A stretch of DNA of 64,000 nucleotides from Candidatus Woesebacteria bacterium (GTDB lineage: Bacteria > Patescibacteriota > Microgenomatia > UBA12405), in the NCBI GenBank assembly GCA_035402805.1, contig DAONDY010000002.1:229111-293110 (forward strand), given 5' to 3'. The position numbers and the translations under genes are program-made. Under the pieces are notes generated by a model. That model did no database searches. It saw only the letters and a list, made by a program, of their open reading frames with translations, and was not told the origin of the DNA. Positions 9,174 to 17,774 of the stretch are shown in pieces; position 1 is the stretch's first letter; the number at the start of each line of letters is the position of its first letter.

Positions 9174-11627
9174 ATGAAAAAACAAAAAGGTATTTCCCAA
9201 ATTGCAGTGATGATTGTTATGTTAGTTTTGGCAATCGCACTTCCAATAACAACAAATTTAGTTAAAAAGAGTCAAGAGAATAGAAGTAAAGCGGCTACAT
9301 TTGATTGTACTATTTTTAATAAAGAAACGTGTTTACAAAACAAAGAGGAATGTTGGTTTAATGGCGGTAATTGTTACAATTTGATTGAGAATGGTTTCGA
9401 ATGTATTCATGATTCTATAATTGGTTTCCCTGGGAGTTGTAAAAGTGGTATTCAAAAAGATATGTATTGTGTTGGTTCTAAAAATGATTGTGTCGATCGG
9501 GATGCTAACAGAGTTATTGTTAGTGGAGAAATTAGTTGTTGGGATTGGGCGGTGCAAATTTGTGAATATGGAAGTTTTAAATCACTTTCTGGAGATAAAT
9601 GGGGAGAATCATCCTGCGATGATAACTCTTTATTAGAAGGAGGTACTTGTAGTGGAAATAAAACAGGTTCTTGTACATATACAAAATCTACACCGCCTCC
9701 AGCTTCAACTTGTTCTTCTGATTGTAAAGGTTGTAACCAACTTGAATGTTCTTATCAAACTGGTTGTACTTGGAGTTGGAATAATTATTCTTGTGTTAAA
9801 AATTCAGGAGATCAACCACCAATTACTAATCCTACTGGATCTGATCAAGGATGTATAAATAAAGGTGGTACTTGTAAAACTATTTCAAATGATACGTGTG
9901 GTAGTGGTTATACAACGTATATAGACGGTGGTTTATGTACTACAATTCCTGATCATAGTTATCAGTGTTGTGTTCCGTCAACTAATCCTAATCCTCAACC
10001 TGTTATTAGTAGTACTTGTGATAGTCAAACTGGGGCTGCCTGTATTAATTCTTATAGTGGAGTGACAAATGGTCTTACTTGTACTGGTAGTAGTGGAGGG
10101 ACTAATGGTGGAACGATAAATACTAGTTTTACTTGTTCTACTATTGGAAAGGTTTGTTGTGTACCAAAATCCACTACTGATACTCCTGTTATAAATACTC
10201 CTGTTACAGATATTACTTATGATTTTACGAATGCAGTTTGTGTTGACAGTAGTGATACATGTCGTGCTAATTATGGTACGGTTATTTCCGGAACGACTAA
10301 ATGTACAAATACATCAAATCCAATTTATTGCATAGTTGATACATGTAAGAAAAATGAAGGTGGTACTTGTAGAGATTTAACATCAAGCAATAATGTTTGT
10401 CCTAATGGTGAACATGTAGGTAATGGTTTGTGTCCTATACTTGGTAATTATTGTTGTAACCCTGCTTCTGATCCTACAGAGGGCGCAAATACTTATGCAT
10501 GTGTACAGGAGGGTGGTATCTGTTATGACTTAGGATTAAGTCAAAATGTTTGTCCTAATGGGGGAACAGCATCTACAACTAGTGGATGTCTTAATACAAA
10601 AGGTAAAAATTATCAATGTTGTGTCAAATCTACTAGTACTCCTACCACTCCTGTAGATAGTTGTACTGGTTTACTTGGAATGCAAAAATGTATTGGAGAT
10701 AATAAATACGTTAATTGTCAGATAGATACTAATAATTATTTAGGTAATCCTACATATAATCAAACAATATGGTGGACTATTAGTCCTCAAAGTTGTCCTA
10801 CTGGACAAGTTTGTACAAGTGGTAATATAGCAGGTTTTGTTTGTGGAGCTCCTACTCCAGTTACCCCTGTTACTCCAACTAGTGTTTGTATAAGCGGTAA
10901 TCAAAAATGTACTGCGACAAACAAATACTTTACTTGTAATAGTGGTCAATGGTCAACCTCAACAACTAATTGTCCATCTGGACAGATTTGTACAAATGAT
11001 GCCATTGGAACCAATGTTTGTAGAGCGACTGATTATACAGCTCCAAGTTTAAATCTGTTCTTTGCCGTTTCTGGAGTTAAAGCAGTTAATCCATGTTTTG
11101 GAGATCTTAGTTTCAAAGTTAATGTAGCTAAGGATGGTCAAGATGGAATGACTGGAAATGTAACAGCTACAGTCGTGGCTAATAAATTTAATTCTTTAGG
11201 TGATCAAGTATTTAAAATTAGTAATTTTGCTTTGGATAATACTTATGCCTTAACTGATAAAATTAAGGTTTTTGTCTCCGGAAAGAAAACATTGGCGACT
11301 TTGTATGGTAAGAATAACCAGGTTGGAGGATTTGGAGCTTTAAATAGCAGCCAAATACTGGTTTCCAGCTTAAGCAATGGCGCTATTTTGGATTTCTCTG
11401 GCTATCCAGTTCTCAATGGAGATGTTGGACAAGTAGGTCAATTGGGAGTTCAAGATGGAGTGGTTAATGCGGCTGATTTTGGTCATATGAAAAATCAGTG
11501 GGGAAAGACTTGCAGTGATGGTCAGAATTTAGAAGCTGACTTAAATGGAGACTGCCGAGTTGATACTTTTGATTTACAAATTTTGAAGAATGCAAATGCA
11601 GAACAATATGCCCAAAAAACATTTTAA
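9174..11627 (+). CDS. Large secreted/anchored cysteine-rich modular protein with a C-terminal dockerin-like module
   Basis: N-terminal hydrophobic anchor. Many repeats of a Cys module (GGTC...C.NG...C...CC[VN]P). The C-terminus contains DGVVNAADF...ADLNGDCRVDTFDLQILK, resembling tandem dockerin Ca-binding repeats. Confidence 0.55.
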   Translation: MKKQKGISQIAVMIVMLVLAIALPITTNLVKKSQENRSKAATFDCTIFNKETCLQNKEECWFNGGNCYNLIENGFECIHDSIIGFPGSCKSGIQKDMYCVGSKNDCVDRDANRVIVSGEISCWDWAVQICEYGSFKSLSGDKWGESSCDDNSLLEGGTCSGNKTGSCTYTKSTPPPASTCSSDCKGCNQLECSYQTGCTWSWNNYSCVKNSGDQPPITNPTGSDQGCINKGGTCKTISNDTCGSGYTTYIDGGLCTTIPDHSYQCCVPSTNPNPQPVISSTCDSQTGAACINSYSGVTNGLTCTGSSGGTNGGTINTSFTCSTIGKVCCVPKSTTDTPVINTPVTDITYDFTNAVCVDSSDTCRANYGTVISGTTKCTNTSNPIYCIVDTCKKNEGGTCRDLTSSNNVCPNGEHVGNGLCPILGNYCCNPASDPTEGANTYACVQEGGICYDLGLSQNVCPNGGTASTTSGCLNTKGKNYQCCVKSTSTPTTPVDSCTGLLGMQKCIGDNKYVNCQIDTNNYLGNPTYNQTIWWTISPQSCPTGQVCTSGNIAGFVCGAPTPVTPVTPTSVCISGNQKCTATNKYFTCNSGQWSTSTTNCPSGQICTNDAIGTNVCRATDYTAPSLNLFFAVSGVKAVNPCFGDLSFKVNVAKDGQDGMTGNVTATVVANKFNSLGDQVFKISNFALDNTYALTDKIKVFVSGKKTLATLYGKNNQVGGFGALNSSQILVSSLSNGAILDFSGYPVLNGDVGQVGQLGVQDGVVNAADFGHMKNQWGKTCSDGQNLEADLNGDCRVDTFDLQILKNANAEQYAQKTF

Positions 11628-11643
11628 ATGTTTATAAAAAAAT

Positions 11644-12249
11644 ATGGAAAAAAATAATAAAATATTCAAAATTTTTATCCCGATAATTGCAGTAATAGTA
11701 ATTTTTGAAAGTGTGATGTTGGTTTCTGGCTTAGAAAAAAATAGTGGAGTAGTCAAAGAATCAACCAATTCGGCTGAAGTGAAAAAAAATGAGGTAGTTA
11801 ATAATGCTTTTGATTTGGTTTTTTCAACTGATAAAAAAGAAATGGTAGTTGAAAAAAATTATCAAGTTAAGCTACAGGCTTTAGTTAAAGAACAAAGAAC
11901 AATAGATGCCATTGATGTGGCTATTAAATATGACGCTAAGAGTCTAGACATCACGGGTTTAGTTTTTGACGAGAAACTACCAAAGCCGTTCATTGGTCAG
12001 GTATTAAAAACTGATGGAATGATAGTAGTTAAATATTTAATAGAGACTAAGCAGGGGATGACTTTTAATGTTAATGATGTTATTTCTTTGGTTAGTTTTA
12101 ATGTTAAAGCAAAAACAGCTGGTAATTATCAATTTGAGATTGCTACTGGTAATGAAGATAAAAAATTTGCTACTATGTTTATAGAAACTACTTCGGTTAA
12201 GGCTTTGCCTTTTTCAAGTAATAAATTAGAAATTAATGTAACTAAATAA
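11644..12249 (+). CDS. Cohesin-like domain protein with an N-terminal TM anchor
   Basis: N-terminal TM. KYDAKSLDITGLVFDE and LVSFNVKAKTAGNYQFEI segments match the cohesin domain pattern (YDpnvLev..., tikFkvksg). Confidence 0.5.
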   Translation: MEKNNKIFKIFIPIIAVIVIFESVMLVSGLEKNSGVVKESTNSAEVKKNEVVNNAFDLVFSTDKKEMVVEKNYQVKLQALVKEQRTIDAIDVAIKYDAKSLDITGLVFDEKLPKPFIGQVLKTDGMIVVKYLIETKQGMTFNVNDVISLVSFNVKAKTAGNYQFEIATGNEDKKFATMFIETTSVKALPFSSNKLEINVTK

Positions 12250-12251
12250 AA

Positions 12252-12962
12252 ATGAAAAGGACTGTCCAAAATTTGTTGATTTTAAGCGCATTTTTATTGT
12301 TATCTACTAAGGTGGCAGCAGCAGCAGATCCAAGATTTTCATTAAATCCAGCCACTGGAAATTATAAGGTGAATGATACTTTTACGGTGACTATAGCAAT
12401 AGATTCAGCTGGCCAGGTGGTTGGTGCTGCTGATGCAGTCGGTACTTTTGATTCAAATATATTAGAGTTAACTTCGTTAAATGCGGCGACGGATATGGTT
12501 TTTAATTCAACTCAAACTGGTGGTTCTTGTATGCCAAGCAGTAGTTCTGAATGGGCCAGTGGTAAATTTTCAATTACTTGTTACTCTAATATGAGTTCGG
12601 GCGATGAAGCAGTTAGTGGAAATTTAGCAGTATTGACTTTTAAAGCCAAGACAACTGGAACTGCTAATGTTAATTTTACTTGTAATGGAGGAGCTGGTGA
12701 TTCAAATATAATTCAATCAGCAACTGTAAAAGATCTAATTGTTTGTTCAGCTAATGGCAGTGGCTCTTATACAATTTCTGCGGGATCTAGCACTTCAACG
12801 GTGACTTCGACTCCAACTCCGACAATAAAAGCTTCAACAACAACTACTACAACAACCACAACAACTGAATTACCTCAGACTGGAGGAATTGCAACAACCT
12901 TGGGTTTGATTGTTTTTGGAGCGATTAGTTTAGCTTCGGCATTGTTTTTAAAATTCTTATGA
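12252..12962 (+). CDS. Cohesin-like domain surface protein with Thr-rich linker and LPXTG sortase anchor
   Basis: Signal peptide. Cohesin-like segments (FTVTIAIDSAGQVVGAADAVGTFDSNILELTSL; LAVLTFKAKTTGTANVNF). A Thr10 linker, LPQTG, and a hydrophobic tail. Confidence 0.55.
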   Translation: MKRTVQNLLILSAFLLLSTKVAAAADPRFSLNPATGNYKVNDTFTVTIAIDSAGQVVGAADAVGTFDSNILELTSLNAATDMVFNSTQTGGSCMPSSSSEWASGKFSITCYSNMSSGDEAVSGNLAVLTFKAKTTGTANVNFTCNGGAGDSNIIQSATVKDLIVCSANGSGSYTISAGSSTSTVTSTPTPTIKASTTTTTTTTTTELPQTGGIATTLGLIVFGAISLASALFLKFL

Positions 12963-13603
12963 AGGGTAAAGTCAATTTAAAAACGATTATTATTCTGGCA
13001 ATATTGGTTTTAGTAATTATTCTGTCTGTTTTGGTGGTAAACACGGCCAAGACTTTTATAAGTGGAGCGGCGGCTGATTATGAGCCACAAAATTTAATGG
13101 CCGTTCCTAAAGAGGATGGAAAAACAGCAGTGGTTTCTTGGACAACTGATAAAGAAGTAAGAGCATCTATTTTTTATGGAACTAATATGGCTAGCTTACT
13201 TTTAATGGCTGAAGATATAGAGGCAACAATTGATCATAATATTTTATTAACAAATTTAAAAAGCGACACAACTTATTATTACAAAATAGTGATAGATAAC
13301 GATAATATTTTTGATAATGGTGGATTAATGTATAACTTCAAAACTAATGCTAGCTTAGAACCCGTAGTTACAATTCAGCCTACCTTAATTCCAACGATAG
13401 CAGCGTCTTCTAGTGGTTCTTCAGCTTGTGATAGAACTACTGATTATAATAAAGATGGGACTGTTAACAGCATAGATTATATTTCTTGTACTAAAGGGGC
13501 AATTACTCCTGGAGTCAGTGATGTGTGTGCTGGTGATTATAATAAAGATGGAGTTACTAATAGTCTTGATAGAATAAAGTGTTTACAAGAGACCAAAAGA
13601 TAG
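12959..13603 (+). CDS. FN3-like domain protein with a C-terminal tandem dockerin-like module
   Basis: N-terminal TM. A purple-acid-phosphatase-N/FN3-like segment (AVVSWTTDKE...TTYYYKI). C-terminal DYNKDGTVNSIDY and GDYNKDGVTNSLDRIKCL repeats (dockerin type I-like). Confidence 0.5.
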   Translation: MKGKVNLKTIIILAILVLVIILSVLVVNTAKTFISGAAADYEPQNLMAVPKEDGKTAVVSWTTDKEVRASIFYGTNMASLLLMAEDIEATIDHNILLTNLKSDTTYYYKIVIDNDNIFDNGGLMYNFKTNASLEPVVTIQPTLIPTIAASSSGSSACDRTTDYNKDGTVNSIDYISCTKGAITPGVSDVCAGDYNKDGVTNSLDRIKCLQETKR

Positions 13604-13643
13604 GTAAAATAAGAAACTTTAAATTAAAGGAGGTGTGAGTTTA

Positions 13644-13862
13644 ATGCCAATTATAGTAAAGAAAAAGAAAGGCGAATCAAAAGACGATATTATCGGTAAA
13701 TTTAGAAGACTTTGTTTAGAAGAGGATATTACAGAAGAAGTAAGAAAAAGAACTTCTTATGTAAAGCCATCTGAAGAAAGATACGCTAAAAAGAAAATAA
13801 TTGTTTGGCGAGATAAATGCCGCCGAAAAGCAAAAAATTCCAGAAGACACGATGCGAAATAA
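13644..13862 (+). CDS. rpsU: 30S ribosomal protein S21
   Basis: MPIIVKKKKGESKDDIIGKFRRLC...ERYAKKK matches S21. SD aaaggagg lies 9 nt upstream of the ATG at 13644. The upstream GTG in the ORF track is unlikely to be the start. Confidence 0.85.
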   Translation: MPIIVKKKKGESKDDIIGKFRRLCLEEDITEEVRKRTSYVKPSEERYAKKKIIVWRDKCRRKAKNSRRHDAK

Positions 13863-14283
13863 ATTAAAACAAGACAGTTTTGATGCTTTAAAGAACCGTG
13901 ATAACAAGCGGGTGGATGTGTTGCGATTTTTAATTTCATTAATTGATAAAAAAGAATTACAACTGCCACCCGGTGGTATGACAGAAGCTGAAGAAATTGG
14001 AGTTTTAAGAAAAGAATTAAAAAACAAAGAAGAGTCAAGAGAAATGTTTTTAAAGGCTGCTAGACAAGATTTAGTAGATCAACTTGATTATGAAATAACA
14101 ATAGTTAAGGAATATTTACCGGCAGAAGTTAGTGAAGAAAAAATTATTGAAATAATAGAACAAGTAATGGCGGAAAAAGGAAATAATTTTGGATTAATTA
14201 TGAAGGAAGTGATGATAAAAATGGGTGGAGCTGTAGATGGTGGAGTGATTTCAAAAATTGTAAAAGAAAAGATTAATGGATAA
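13852..14283 (+). CDS. yqeY: GatB/YqeY domain protein
   Basis: YqeY-like sequence (DALKNRDNKRVDVLRFLIS...EYLPAEVSEEKIIEII...GLIMKEVMIKMGG). rpsU-yqeY synteny. The start is placed at the internal Met, because the ORF-track start overlaps rpsU. Confidence 0.7.
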   Translation: MRNKLKQDSFDALKNRDNKRVDVLRFLISLIDKKELQLPPGGMTEAEEIGVLRKELKNKEESREMFLKAARQDLVDQLDYEITIVKEYLPAEVSEEKIIEIIEQVMAEKGNNFGLIMKEVMIKMGGAVDGGVISKIVKEKING

Positions 14284-14638
14284 TTTAATTTTGATAAATC
14301 ATAATAAGAATTGGGGTTTGAATGAAAGTTTGGTTGAAGAACTGGCAAAAAAAGTACTTAAAGAAAAGGGATTTAAACAGAATGTTGAACTGAGTATTTA
14401 TTTTGTAGGAAGAAAAAAGGCTAAGGATTTAAATGTAAATTATCGAAAGATGGGCTATATACCTCAAGTTTTGGGTTTTCCAATGTCAAAAGAAAAAGAT
14501 GCGGATGGAATAATCAGATTGGGTGATATTGTAATTTGTACTCAAAAATTAAAGTATGAAATAAAATTTCAAAAATCGAATTTAGATACTGTTTTATACA
14601 GTTGGTTGATTCATGGAGTTGAAAATTTATTAAAGTAG
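14276..14638 (+). CDS. YbeY-like endoribonuclease homolog. It is C-terminally truncated and lacks the His triad, so it may be degenerate.
   Basis: GDIVICTQ...SWLIHGVENLLK* aligns with YbeY GDLVIC...HMVVHGSLHLLGYDH. The second His is replaced by Asn and the third is absent. The stop abuts repeat copy 2. Confidence 0.55.
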   Translation: MDNLILINHNKNWGLNESLVEELAKKVLKEKGFKQNVELSIYFVGRKKAKDLNVNYRKMGYIPQVLGFPMSKEKDADGIIRLGDIVICTQKLKYEIKFQKSNLDTVLYSWLIHGVENLLK

Positions 14639-14645
14639 TTTTAAA

Positions 14646-14728
14646 TTTTTGTCACAGAATTTTTTATGTCTGGTGAATGTGGTCGCCCACGTTCAAGGCC
14701 ATAAAAAATTGTGACTTCAAATTTAAAT
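14646..14728. repeat. Copy 2 of the ~85-nt structured repeat element
   Basis: gtcacagaattttttatg...GAATGTGG-tcgc-CCACGTTC...cataaaaaattgtgac with conserved flanks. Lies between the truncated ybeY-like gene and dnaX. Confidence 0.6.
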
Positions 14729-14791
14729 TATTTTAATAATGATACAGTTACGAATATTGTAAATGGGACTGGATTTTGGTTTAATCGTTTG

Positions 14792-16345
14792 ATGTCAGTT
14801 TTTCACTTAAAATATAGACCAATTAAGTTTTCTGATCTTGATTTGAATGATGTGGCGAATAGTTTAAAAAAATATTTGAGTGCTAAAGATGTTCCGCAAT
14901 CCTTTTTATTTTCCGGTCCTAAGGGGGCTGGAAAAACTTCAGCGGCCAGAATTTTAGCCAGGGCAGTAAATTGTAGTAATCTTAAAGACGGTGAGCCTTG
15001 TGGAGAATGTGATAATTGTAAGGAAATAATAAAAGGCGGGGCTATGGATATTATTGAAATGGATGGGGCTTCAAATCGAGGAATTGAAGATGTCAGAAGT
15101 TTAAAAGATAAAGCTTATTTGTTGCCAAGTAAATTGGATAAAAAAGTTTTTATTATAGATGAAGTTCATATGTTAACTAAAGATGCGTTTAATGCACTTT
15201 TAAAGTTGATTGAGGAACCACCAAAGCATACAATTTTTGTTTTATGCACTACAGATGCAGAAAAAATTCCGGAAACGGTGTTGTCACGATTAGTAAGAGT
15301 TGATTTTAGAAAGGGTGGAAAAAATGAACTAATGAATTCACTTAAAAAAATTATTGATGGGGAAGGAATTGAAATTGCCAAGGAAGCTATTGAATTTATA
15401 GTCGAAAGAAGTGACGGCAGTTTTAGAAATTTACAAAGAAGTTTTAATGAACTTTATCTACAATTAGGAAAAAAATTAAAGACAGATGATGTTTTTAAAT
15501 TTTATTTAGATAAAAGTGGAAGTTATGACGAAGAAAGTTTTGACAAGGATTTAAATGATGGAAATACAAAATTGATTTTGGAAAAATTGGAAAAAATGGC
15601 GGAAGATGGAATTGATTTTTCTAGTTTTAGATTAAAATTAATGAACTATTTTCAAAAAAAGATTTTGTCATTTTATGGAGTCGGGGAAGATAAAAAAAAA
15701 TATTTAAATTTGGAAGAATCGGAGTTTTTAATAAATTTATTAGTCAAAGCATCTAAACAAGAAAAAGAAGTAGAAATAGATCAATTACCGTTGGAATTGG
15801 CAGTAATAGAATTTGCGGGACAAAAAGGATCTCAAGTGTCAGAAGTTAGAAGTCGGGATCAAGAAGACAAAAAGGAAGAATCTAAAAAAGAGGAAAAAAT
15901 AGTAGAAAAAAAGGTAGAAACTAAAGAAATTGAAGAAATAGTAACAATAGAATCGGATTGTTCGATAGGGGTGGAAACGGTTGAGGAAAAATGGGGAAAT
16001 TTATTGATGACAATCAAACCTTTTAACCACTCAGTTGAAGCATTTTTAAGAGCATCTAGACCAAAATCAATTAGAGGAAAGACTTTGCTTTTGGAAGTTT
16101 TTTATCCTTTTCATAAAGATAGGTTGGAAGAGGCAAAGAATAGAAAAATAGTTGAAGAATGTATGTCCAAGGTTTTTGGAATCGATTTATGTTTTGAATG
16201 TATTTTGGGAAAAAGCAGAAAGGGGCCATTAATTATTAAAAATGATACCCCTATTAAAAATATTAGCGAACAGTTAGTAGATGGTAAAGAAGGCGAAAAG
16301 GCTGGCGGAGATATTTATGATGTAGCAAAAGAGATATTTGGATAA
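14792..16345 (+). CDS. dnaX: DNA polymerase III gamma/tau subunit
   Basis: LKYRPIKFSDL start, Walker A GPKGAGKTS, zinc module CGECDNC, GASNRGIEDVR, and SRLV sensor. The start is placed at the internal Met (14792), because the ORF-track start lies inside the repeat element. Confidence 0.85.
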   Translation: MSVFHLKYRPIKFSDLDLNDVANSLKKYLSAKDVPQSFLFSGPKGAGKTSAARILARAVNCSNLKDGEPCGECDNCKEIIKGGAMDIIEMDGASNRGIEDVRSLKDKAYLLPSKLDKKVFIIDEVHMLTKDAFNALLKLIEEPPKHTIFVLCTTDAEKIPETVLSRLVRVDFRKGGKNELMNSLKKIIDGEGIEIAKEAIEFIVERSDGSFRNLQRSFNELYLQLGKKLKTDDVFKFYLDKSGSYDEESFDKDLNDGNTKLILEKLEKMAEDGIDFSSFRLKLMNYFQKKILSFYGVGEDKKKYLNLEESEFLINLLVKASKQEKEVEIDQLPLELAVIEFAGQKGSQVSEVRSRDQEDKKEESKKEEKIVEKKVETKEIEEIVTIESDCSIGVETVEEKWGNLLMTIKPFNHSVEAFLRASRPKSIRGKTLLLEVFYPFHKDRLEEAKNRKIVEECMSKVFGIDLCFECILGKSRKGPLIIKNDTPIKNISEQLVDGKEGEKAGGDIYDVAKEIFG

Positions 16346-16394
16346 GATATAATATCAATTAATAATTAATAATTAAGAATTAATAAAAATATTT

Positions 16395-16643
16395 ATGTTT
16401 GATAAAGCAAAAATGTTAGCTCAAGCTTATAAATTAAAGAAAGCAATTGAAGCTGAATCTTTTGAGATTGAGGAGAATGGAATTAAGGTAACTGTGACTG
16501 GTGATCAAAAAATTAAATTTTTATCTGTAAACGGAATGGAAAATAAGGTTTTGGTTGACACTATAAATAAGGCAATGAAAAAATCACAAGAGATGGCGGC
16601 AAAAAGAATGAAAGATATGGGTGGGCTTGAGGGTTTGTTTTAA
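16395..16643 (+). CDS. ybaB: Nucleoid-associated protein YbaB/EbfC
   Basis: YbaB-like sequence. dnaX-ybaB-recR synteny. Confidence 0.8.
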   Translation: MFDKAKMLAQAYKLKKAIEAESFEIEENGIKVTVTGDQKIKFLSVNGMENKVLVDTINKAMKKSQEMAAKRMKDMGGLEGLF

Positions 16644-16667
16644 ATTAATAATTAATAATTAATAATT

Positions 16668-17270
16668 GTGGCGGAGTTACCAAAAAGCATTAAAAATTTA
16701 ATTGCGTCTTTTGAAAGATTGCCGAGTATTGGTCCAAAAAGTGCCAGTCGATTGGTTTTTTATTTACTTAATACGCCGGAATCTTATGTGGCAGAAATGG
16801 CCCGATCGTTATTAGCGATTAAAAAAGAAATAAAAATTTGTAAGCAATGTTTTTCGGTGTGTGAAGGTGAAATCTGTTCGATTTGTGGAGATGAAAAAAG
16901 AAATAAAAAAATAATTTGTGTTGTAGAAAGGGCAATTGACGTTATGGCAATTGAAAATATCGGCGGTTTTAATGGTGTTTATCATGTTTTGGGTGGAGTG
17001 GTTAATCCGTTGGAACATGTGAGCCCTGATGATTTAAAAATTGATGAATTAATAAATCGAATCACTGATGATATGGAGATTGTTTTGGCAACTAACCCGA
17101 CAATGGAAGGGGAGGCAACGGCTCTTTATATTAAGAAAAAAATTGAAAATTTGGGTAAGAAAAATGTTAAAATTTCTCGAATTGGCAGTGGTTTACCGAT
17201 GGGAGCTGATTTGGAATACGCAGATCAGGCGACCTTGAGTAGGGCGATGGAAGGACGAAGAGAGCTATAA
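16668..17270 (+). CDS. recR: Recombination protein RecR
   Basis: LPSIGPKSASRL HhH, C4 zinc finger CKQC...CSIC, and a Toprim region. GTG start. Confidence 0.9.
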   Translation: MAELPKSIKNLIASFERLPSIGPKSASRLVFYLLNTPESYVAEMARSLLAIKKEIKICKQCFSVCEGEICSICGDEKRNKKIICVVERAIDVMAIENIGGFNGVYHVLGGVVNPLEHVSPDDLKIDELINRITDDMEIVLATNPTMEGEATALYIKKKIENLGKKNVKISRIGSGLPMGADLEYADQATLSRAMEGRREL

Positions 17271-17276
17271 TAAATT

Positions 17277-17771
17277 ATGAATCAAGTTGTGAATGACTTT
17301 GGAAAAGGATTTAAACAATTAGGTCAGGAGACAGCCGAAAAATTGGTTGAGAATGCAGGAAAAATTGCGGAGTCGATAATTACAGCACAAGAACTTTTGG
17401 GAGATATTAGACCATTAGATGATCAAGAAATGGCTCAAAAAAAGGCAGAAGATGAAAGGAAAAAACAGAAGGAGATTGCGGACGTAAAATCTCAGATGTC
17501 AGGCAGACCTGTGGAAAATGAAATGGAACAGATTAGAAGACAAAAAGAAAAAGAGGAAGAAGAAAAGGAAAAATATTTTGAACAAGTGGAAGAGCAAAAA
17601 GAAAGGGAAAGACAACGACAAGAGGCGGAATATAATGGTTTAATGGTGGAATCAACAAATCCATCAAAACAAAAGAAAAGTAGAGGAAGTGCTTTAGTGC
17701 ATAAGAAAAAAAGTCAACCAGACCAAAGTCAGATGTCGCAAACAACTGAATTTAAGGGTAAAATTGATTAA
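17277..17771 (+). CDS. Hypothetical charged (K/E/Q-rich) coiled-coil protein
   Basis: ORF only. Low complexity and no recognisable motif. Confidence 0.3.
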   Translation: MNQVVNDFGKGFKQLGQETAEKLVENAGKIAESIITAQELLGDIRPLDDQEMAQKKAEDERKKQKEIADVKSQMSGRPVENEMEQIRRQKEKEEEEKEKYFEQVEEQKERERQRQEAEYNGLMVESTNPSKQKKSRGSALVHKKKSQPDQSQMSQTTEFKGKID

Positions 17772-17774
17772 AAG

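Noticed and set aside
9333-9858. Several 68-74-aa ORFs inside or antisense to the 817-aa Cys-rich gene, and similar short ORFs within topA, the ATPase, gyrA and gyrB
   Set aside because: They overlap long, motif-supported genes in other frames or strands. No independent evidence supports them.
13635-13643. GTG start (MSLMPII...) for rpsU
   Set aside because: The SD AAGGAGG would have zero spacing to that GTG. The ATG at 13644 has ideal 9-nt spacing and matches the canonical S21 N-terminus, MPxIxV.
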